DNA from: Minisyncoccota bacterium
GTDB lineage: Bacteria > Patescibacteriota > Minisyncoccia > Phycocordibacterales > UBA9973
NCBI GenBank assembly: GCA_041657885.1
Contig: JBBABB010000003.1
Coordinates: forward strand, 1 to 56,409
Direction: 5' to 3'
Length of the DNA stretch: 56,409 nucleotides
Part shown: positions 50,757-56,409 of the stretch, in pieces
Position numbering within the stretch: position 1 is the first letter of the stretch
Layout of the letters: every line of letters starts with the position of its first letter
Notes under the pieces: generated by a model
The model's input: only the letters and a program-made list of their open reading frames with translations
Told to the model about the DNA's origin: nothing
Databases searched by the model: none
Position numbers and translations under genes: made by a program

Positions 50757-53700
50757 ATTTTTATTCTAAAAATTAATTTAAAACCAATTAATAATATTAA
50801 CGAGGCAACAATTCCTGATATGGCTGTTCTCTTGCTAATTATACCACTATCCCCTGCAGAAGCAGAAATATTCGGGTTATAATTATCGGGTTCGGATTTG
50901 GTAATTTCTTTATTTTTGTTTGATTTTGTATCCTCTGGTAAATCATATTTAATTTTTTCTAAAGATATTTCCCTTATGTTTGAGTTAATAACATCTTTAT
51001 TATTGAGAATATCAACTTTTGCTTCTGAAATTTTATTGATAACAAGTGGAATACTTCCCGAAGAATAATGTTTTCCAGACCCAATATTTTCATCTTCTTC
51101 ACCTGTCGAGGGGTAAATAACTGATTCAAATATTCCATCACCTTCCTTGTCTAGGGAGATACTTGTCGCTAAAGAGTCAGCGTTTATATCAACTTCACCA
51201 CGAAGAGACGAGGTAGTAGAAATGTCTCTAAACACCACAGAATCAACTGGTAAATCATTTACTACTAATTCTTGTTCTAAAGTAAAAATACCATCAGATA
51301 AACCAGTAAGCTCTAATCTATAATTTTCATCTCTTGGTACAATGAGATACTTTTCATCTCCAACTTCTAGGTATGAACTATTTGGAATATTCTCCTCTAT
51401 AAACTCAAGGTCTGGGTCATCATTCTCTACCATTCCTGTATGCAATCCATCTTCATTGTATATGTCTATGGCAACAGGTGAATGCATTTTTATTACTGTA
51501 AAATCTACAGGGGAAGGCTGGGTTGTAGTTACATATTCGGGCAAACTAGAATCTCCTTTTATAATATTGTGAACTAAATCAAATAAAAATGGTACATCAA
51601 ATATATTAGCGTGACTTTTTTTTAAAGAAAATTTATTATCTTTATTGTATTCACCCAAATTCAAATAGTAATCTATTCCATCACCAGCCAATGCTGTATC
51701 TGCAATAACTGTCCCATCTCCACCAGAGACCAAACCAACATCTGATGAAAGTGCTAATTTCTTTTTTATACATACTAACAAAAAAATATCGCATTCATTT
51801 TTGGATTTATATTTTAAATCGTATGTAGTTGGTATTCCCCACCCAGAAACTTGGTGTATTTTTATGGTTTCTGGAAATACCAAATCATCAAGATTATCAT
51901 GGAATAATTTTGCCCTATCAAAAAGAGTCTCATTGAGAATAAGTGGATTTACTAAATCATTATAATTAGGTTGCATCCTGTTTCCATCAGACGCGGACAA
52001 GAATTTCTCTAATTCTTCAAAAGTATCCACTGACTGACCATACAATTCTTTCCAATTATTCAGCTTATCTAATGATTCATCTAAAGTGATTAAATTATTA
52101 TCAATTTCATCCATGTATTTTTCAGACGGCAATAAATTATAAGCACCTGGGAGATTTTGCCCAAAATCTCGAGCATTCTTTCTACTAAGAAGTAGATTGA
52201 GTAATTTACCCTGATTATACCCATGCAAAAGGGCAGGAATCGCTTCTGGCGTCCCTAATAAAGGCGAGCCAACAAATATTATGTTATCTATATAATCAAC
52301 TAAGTCAGATTCCCCGTTTTTCTTCATTTCTTCTAATTTAAAAACTAGGGCTTTTGCAACTAAACCACCATTTGAATGAACAACTATTGTTACCTTGCCG
52401 TTTTTAGAAGAATCTGCAAGTTTCTGTAATTGGTTAATAATATAAGGGATTTGGTCTTCTGTTAATTCTTCATTGTAAGAAATGTTTCCATTCTCTTTTT
52501 CTATTCCCCTATTCACAATATCAGTAGGTGACAATCTCCAGTCATATGCGATAGCCTTCCACCCAGCAATTTCATCTTTAGCGACAAGCTCGTCCATCTG
52601 GTCCATGAAAGATTTATAGAAATTTTTTACTCCAATACCAAAAAGAGTGGCTGTGCCTACTATATCTCTTGTATAAATATCACTATCTATACTGACGCCA
52701 TTTTCATCCATAAACAGGTCTCTGATGTCATCACCAGCATTGGACTCCCAAAGCTTATCCTCAATTTCTGAACCCAAATAACTTTTTGTTTTATACATTC
52801 GACTGGCTTCAAATCCAGGGATAAGCATAACATTGGAGACACCTGGTTTCAGCGGGTCAAATTTAAGAAATGGCTCGAAAAGGATATTGTCGGAAACGAT
52901 GTCGCCGAGGCCGGTGGGATTTGAGGAGTGAGTTGGACCAGTTTTGTCTCCCCAATAGTTGGAAGTGAAATCAAGTAGAATATCTGTAAAAGTATCAACA
53001 CCACTAGTAAAATTATCATGGATACTATTCTGGTAAGCAGAAAAAGTAGAATCAAATATCTCAAAACCATATTCGTTTCCTGTAATTTCACTGTTTGTTA
53101 CAGTAATTTGATTTGGCTCGGCATTAGTAAAAGCAGTAATTCCAGCATCTAATGAATCTGTAATCTTTACGCCATCAATACTTGCTATTATTCCATTAAA
53201 GAGAACAATTCCATTATTGAAACAAGAAATAGTTCCACCAGAAAGATTCAATGAAGAATTATTGAAAATTTCAATTCCATTATTCCAACAAGTTATAGGT
53301 GAATCAGTAATTGTAGCAGAAGAATCATTAAAAATTTCAATTCCATCATTTTCACTATTTACAGATGAATTTATAATCATTAGAGAGTATTTATTAAATA
53401 CACTAACTCCATAATCTTTACTATTTATAATTGAATCTGTAATAGTTAAAGAGGAATTATTAAAAAATTCAGAACTCTCATGATTATCTAAATAATCAGA
53501 ACTATTATAGCCAGTAAACCCATTCTCAACATTTGTGACAGAAATATTCTGCACTTGAAGCGAACTATTATCATAAAAAGTAAAAGCATCTTCCAGATTA
53601 TCAAAGTTGCCACCTAAAATTTCAATATTACTATCTAAGTCTCCAGTAAGTCCTGAGTAACTATCATTTATATTTAAATTTTCAAAATTTATGCTCGATG

Positions 53701-54277
53701 ATTTAAAATAAAGAGCATCATTCGCATATCGAAAAAACACATTTTTAAAACTTGAACCTGCAGAAGATGTAAGATAAATACCTCTCCAGTCCCCAGGATA
53801 TGGATTAGCATAATCATATGTCTCACAAGTTTCTTCACCAAAAGGATCTCCGTTTTCATCAACCTCATAGCCACAAGATTCATAATCGTCTGTACTACCT
53901 CCTAACTCATCATCATAAATTGAAGTAAAATAAATAGGGTTATTTTCTGTTCCCTCTGCAATTATTGTTCCAGAAATATCAAGCGAGGTACCACTATAAG
54001 GATATTCACCTGCTTTAAATTTGACCACAACACCGGGCTCTATAGTGAGAGTAACTCCTTCCTCAATATGTATTGCATTCTTAATGAGATACGGACTCTC
54101 ATCTATCATCCAAGTTGTATTTTCTGTAATATCAGTATCTATAGTAGTTGAAGCAAATGCAGTAGAAACAAAAAAACCGTTAGCAATAAATGCGACGGAT
54201 ATGAAGAGAAACAAAAAATATTTCTTTGTGAGAAATTTGGCAACAAAATAAAAAGAACAACTTTTCAGTTTTTCCAT
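50753..54277 (-). CDS. 1174-aa surface protein: signal/TM, right-handed beta-helix (PbH1/NosD-like) repeats, lipase-like alpha/beta hydrolase domain, C-terminal TM anchor
   Basis: Beta-helix repeats are present (ITDSIINSKDYGVSVFN, NDGIEIFNDSSATITDS, NNGIEIFNNSSLNLSGG, NYWGDKTGP). A lipase-type nucleophile elbow is present (VTIVVHSNGGLVAKAL, pattern GxSxG-like HSNGG). The C-terminal hydrophobic anchor is AISGIVASLILLIGFKLIF. Confidence 0.7.
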   Translation of the reverse strand: MEKLKSCSFYFVAKFLTKKYFLFLFISVAFIANGFFVSTAFASTTIDTDITENTTWMIDESPYLIKNAIHIEEGVTLTIEPGVVVKFKAGEYPYSGTSLDISGTIIAEGTENNPIYFTSIYDDELGGSTDDYESCGYEVDENGDPFGEETCETYDYANPYPGDWRGIYLTSSAGSSFKNVFFRYANDALYFKSSSINFENLNINDSYSGLTGDLDSNIEILGGNFDNLEDAFTFYDNSSLQVQNISVTNVENGFTGYNSSDYLDNHESSEFFNNSSLTITDSIINSKDYGVSVFNKYSLMIINSSVNSENDGIEIFNDSSATITDSPITCWNNGIEIFNNSSLNLSGGTISCFNNGIVLFNGIIASIDGVKITDSLDAGITAFTNAEPNQITVTNSEITGNEYGFEIFDSTFSAYQNSIHDNFTSGVDTFTDILLDFTSNYWGDKTGPTHSSNPTGLGDIVSDNILFEPFLKFDPLKPGVSNVMLIPGFEASRMYKTKSYLGSEIEDKLWESNAGDDIRDLFMDENGVSIDSDIYTRDIVGTATLFGIGVKNFYKSFMDQMDELVAKDEIAGWKAIAYDWRLSPTDIVNRGIEKENGNISYNEELTEDQIPYIINQLQKLADSSKNGKVTIVVHSNGGLVAKALVFKLEEMKKNGESDLVDYIDNIIFVGSPLLGTPEAIPALLHGYNQGKLLNLLLSRKNARDFGQNLPGAYNLLPSEKYMDEIDNNLITLDESLDKLNNWKELYGQSVDTFEELEKFLSASDGNRMQPNYNDLVNPLILNETLFDRAKLFHDNLDDLVFPETIKIHQVSGWGIPTTYDLKYKSKNECDIFLLVCIKKKLALSSDVGLVSGGDGTVIADTALAGDGIDYYLNLGEYNKDNKFSLKKSHANIFDVPFLFDLVHNIIKGDSSLPEYVTTTQPSPVDFTVIKMHSPVAIDIYNEDGLHTGMVENDDPDLEFIEENIPNSSYLEVGDEKYLIVPRDENYRLELTGLSDGIFTLEQELVVNDLPVDSVVFRDISTTSSLRGEVDINADSLATSISLDKEGDGIFESVIYPSTGEEDENIGSGKHYSSGSIPLVINKISEAKVDILNNKDVINSNIREISLEKIKYDLPEDTKSNKNKEITKSEPDNYNPNISASAGDSGIISKRTAISGIVASLILLIGFKLIFRIKI

Positions 54278-54352
54278 TATTTTATGATTATAAAACTTTA
54301 AAAATATTTTGAAAAGGTTAAAAATGTATTTTATGTGGATAACTTTTTATAT

Positions 54353-54385
54353 ATTCTTGCGTTAGGCAAGGCCTAACGCAAGAAT
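54353..54385. repeat. GCGTTAGGC-N3-GCCTAACGC hairpin, copy 2 (15-bp arms)
   Basis: ATTCTTGCGTTAGGC aag GCCTAACGCAAGAAT. The loop is the complement of the loop in copy 1 at 2702-2722. Confidence 0.7.
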
Positions 54386-54392
54386 ACTTATA

Positions 54393-54427
54393 GCACAAAA
54401 AGTCGCCAGTAAGGCGACTTTTTGTGC
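54393..54427. terminator. Perfect 15-bp hairpin, bidirectional terminator-like
   Basis: GCACAAAAAGTCGCC agtaa GGCGACTTTTTGTGC. Confidence 0.65.
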
Positions 54428-54441
54428 AGGGTTTGGCTAAA

Positions 54442-54707
54442 AAACCTCTCCCTACCCTCTCCAAAGGAAAGGGTTTTAAGATTATTGGGCGTTCATCTTT
54501 GCTTTTGTTTTAGCGCCGACGAGGCCGTCTGCGACAAGGCCATTATCCTTTTGCCCCGCCGGAGGACGGGCAGGCATTTCTTTATGACGGCAATAGTTTT
54601 TGGACCAAGTTTTCCATCAATTACCAAACCAAGATTCAATTTAACATTCAAGAATCTTTGAAGTTCTTTAACTCCATTACTCTGACTTCTGTTTTTGAGA
54701 GTAGTAA
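54442..54707 (-). pseudogene. Relic 3' end of a peptidoglycan-binding-domain gene; duplicate of 55357-55603
   Basis: It is near-identical to the 3' end and downstream flank of the 55397+ gene. It is interrupted by a 20-nt GC-rich insertion (ccgccggaggacgggcaggc, about 54558-54577) that shifts the frame. No N-terminal part exists, because the TAA stop of the 88-aa ORF lies directly upstream. Confidence 0.7.
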
Positions 54708-54708
54708 T

Positions 54709-54975
54709 TTAAGCAAAAATCTTATCTTCTAATTTTTCTATTCTTTTATCATGATGCATAACTGTATCTGTATTATCTATTGTATCTTTCTCTATTTCTT
54801 TAATAGAATGTTCTGTATCTTTTCTAAAACTCTTAAAATCCGAACGGAAATCTTGAATTTCAGTTGTGAGTTTTAAATCTAAATTTGATATTTTATTTTC
54901 AACCTTAGAAAAACTCCTATTCATTGACTCTAAAAGTTCTAGGTTTGTTATATCTTTATTGTCATTATTATTCAT
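54709..54975 (-). CDS. Hypothetical 88-aa coiled-coil protein
   Basis: The sequence is charged and heptad-rich (ISNLDLKLTTEIQDFRSDFKSFRKDTEHSIKEIEKD...RIEKLEDKIFA). Its ATG lies 1 nt after the stop of the upstream small Cys-rich ORF. Confidence 0.55.
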   Translation of the reverse strand: MNNNDNKDITNLELLESMNRSFSKVENKISNLDLKLTTEIQDFRSDFKSFRKDTEHSIKEIEKDTIDNTDTVMHHDKRIEKLEDKIFA

Positions 54976-54976
54976 A

Positions 54977-55143
54977 TTATTTTTTTATTTTATCTTCTTT
55001 TATTAATTTATGCTTTTTTAAGAAATCTATCACTGGCTTTCCACAAGTTAAACAAAAATCTTTCGCACCAAAAAACCAACACCAGCTCTTACCGGATTAT
55101 CTTGTATTTTCTTCTTGCAAATATCACATTTTTGGATATTCAT
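54977..55143 (-). CDS. Small CxxC...CxxC zinc-ribbon-like protein requiring a -1 frameshift at a U UUU UUG site (or a pseudogene / homopolymer error)
   Basis: The zero frame reads MNIQKCDICKKKIQDNPVRAGVGFLVRKIFV and then stops. The -1 frame after the T6 run (55070-55075) continues GAKDFCLTCGKPVIDFLKKHKLIKEDKIKK and stops at 54977-79. Only the joined product has both Cys pairs. Confidence 0.45.
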
Positions 55144-55211
55144 AATTTAAAGTATATCAAACGATAAATTTTATGCAAAGGTATAAATGCTTTACAAAAG
55201 AATTTAGTGTG

Positions 55212-55238
55212 TTCCCCACATGTCTGACATGGGGGGAA
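55212..55238. repeat. REP-like palindrome, fourth copy, remote from the RAYT gene
   Basis: TTCCCCACATGTC t GACATGGGGGGAA has 13-bp arms with one mismatch. It has the same core as 37151-37177. Confidence 0.8.
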
Positions 55239-55310
55239 CAATATAAAAAATTGATGTAACACTTGCAGACGGCCGTCGCTATCTGTTACAGATATACAAA
55301 ACGGAAAGTG

Positions 55311-55332
55311 GCATTTCGGTAAACCGAAATGC
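55311..55332 (-). terminator. Hairpin downstream of the FN3/PG-binding gene
   Basis: GCATTTCGG taaa CCGAAATGC sits within an outer ATACAAA/TTTGTAT stem. On the minus strand the following sequence is U-rich. Confidence 0.45.
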
Positions 55333-55396
55333 TGCTTTGGTTTGTATTCAATTAAGAAACCTCTCCCTACCCTCTCCAAAGGAAAGGGTTTTAAGA

Positions 55397-56409
55397 TTAT
55401 TGGGCGTTCATCTTTGCTTTTGTTTTAGCGCCGACGAGGCCGTCTGCTACAAGGCCATTATTTTTTTGCCATGTTTTAATAACAGCAATAGTTTTTGGAC
55501 CAAGTTTTCCATCAATTACCAAACCAAGATTCAATTTAACATTCAAGAATCTTTGTAACTCTTTAACTCCTTCACCTTTACTCCCGTTTTTGAGAGTGCT
55601 AATGCCGAAGTTGTAAGAAGCAGGAGTTGCCGGTGTTGCCGGAGTAGCAGAGCTAACTCCTGGTACTGCAGGTGTAGCTGGAGTTGCCGGTGTAGCACTT
55701 ACTGGACAAGCTGCACCTGTTGAAGTGTTGAACAAATTTCCACCTGAACAACCTTGCGGAATAACTGCGTTATTTACACAAGCTGCCCCTGTTTGAGTAT
55801 TGAACAAGTTTCCACCTGAACAACCCACAACTGGTGTAGCTGGAACAGCAGTACCTGCAGGCGTTACTGTTGACACAGCTGAAGTTGCAGAAGCTGTACT
55901 ACTACCATGTCTTCCACTACCAGAAGGAGCTACTGGTGTTACAGAAACCTCCGTAGTTGCGGCAGATTCTTTATTGGGACTAGAACTATCCAAAGCGGAG
56001 ACTTTAAAATAGTAAATAGTGCCATTAGTTAAACCGGTAGCGGTATAAGAAGTAGAAGTTGTTTGCGCTAAATATGGATAATCAGCACCTACTTTTTTAT
56101 AGATGTCATATTTGGTTGCACCAGCTGAAGCTGTCCAAGATAAAACAGCACTTACATCACTAGCAGTTGCGCTTAATCCCGTTGGTACTGGAGGAGCGTC
56201 TGAATCTGTAGGAATAGAAGGAGCATATGTTGATAAGTGAGTTGTCGTTCCTGTAAGAGTTATTGCCGGATCATCATCTAGCCCAGCTATAGTAGTAGCA
56301 GAAGGAACACTTAAGGTAACTACTGTTGGTATTTCTACCCATGAACCACCAGTAGAGTCATAATAAGTAATTTTTATAGCTTGCGCCTGCGCGAATGTTA
56401 AGTTTGCAG
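55397..56409 (-). CDS. Surface protein with fibronectin type III domain(s), Thr/Pro linker, two Cys-knot-like repeats and a C-terminal peptidoglycan-binding domain. The N-terminal part runs off the right edge.
   Basis: The ORF-track start at 55993 is an internal TTG. The same frame stays open up to base 56409. It reads ...PPVPTGLSATASDVSAVLSWTASAGATKYDIYKKVGADYPYLAQTTSTSYTATGLTNGTIYYFKVSALD (FN3). The C-terminal part has CSGGNLFNT(Q/S)TGAAC twice, then GVKELQRFLNVKLNLGLVIDGKLGPKTIAVIKTWQKNNGLVADGLVG (PG_binding_1-like). Confidence 0.8.
   Translation of the reverse strand, partial: ANLTFAQAQAIKITYYDSTGGSWVEIPTVVTLSVPSATTIAGLDDDPAITLTGTTTHLSTYAPSIPTDSDAPPVPTGLSATASDVSAVLSWTASAGATKYDIYKKVGADYPYLAQTTSTSYTATGLTNGTIYYFKVSALDSSSPNKESAATTEVSVTPVAPSGSGRHGSSTASATSAVSTVTPAGTAVPATPVVGCSGGNLFNTQTGAACVNNAVIPQGCSGGNLFNTSTGAACPVSATPATPATPAVPGVSSATPATPATPASYNFGISTLKNGSKGEGVKELQRFLNVKLNLGLVIDGKLGPKTIAVIKTWQKNNGLVADGLVGAKTKAKMNAQ

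Noticed and set aside
54422-55558. Plus-strand ORFs 54422-54661 and 55337-55558 (near-identical N-termini), and 55140-55379 (-)
   Set aside because: The first two are antisense translations of the duplicated peptidoglycan-binding gene end. Their similarity simply reflects the DNA duplication. The third runs through hairpins and the REP palindrome.
46700-56409. A 16S rRNA gene or spacer tRNAs upstream of the 23S gene
   Set aside because: The region upstream of the 23S leader contains a terminator, a promoter-like sequence and then protein-coding genes. No 16S-like conserved blocks were seen anywhere in the window.

Overview
AT-rich chromosomal segment that looks like a Candidate Phyla Radiation / Patescibacteria (Parcubacteria-like) genome; this placement is inferred from gene content and rRNA architecture, not from a search. 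Most genes are minus-strand housekeeping genes: rpsP-KH-trmD, rnr, smc-rnc-nusB, rpmF, thrS, gyrB, pheST, murI, htpX-lemA, secDF, folD, rodA and rplJL. There is also a GtrA/GT2/methyltransferase/TPR glycosylation cluster and one tRNA-Ser. Large surface-protein genes sit at both window edges; both run off the window and are missing or truncated in the ORF track. An unlinked 23S-5S rRNA operon carries a 23S gene stretched to about 5.6 kb. The extra length comes from four group I introns and four hairpin intervening sequences. One intron carries a LAGLIDADG gene and one lies inside the sarcin-ricin loop sequence. The most unusual theme is a set of small palindromic or structured repeat families. 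They occur in intergenic DNA, inside rRNA helices, and in frame inside protein genes (trmD, rnr, pheT and the RAYT-type transposase gene itself). Related oddities: an IVS-like GxxExxY cassette inside a ribosomal-protein operon; three direct copies of the tRNA-Ser 3' end bracketing a gtrA gene; and a duplicated gene end bracketing a two-gene insertion with a slippery-site frameshift. There are also domain-architecture oddities: a hinge-less short SMC, a NusB-NUDIX fusion, and trimmed aminoacyl-tRNA synthetases. All coordinates and rRNA position numbers come from hand alignment and need computational confirmation.
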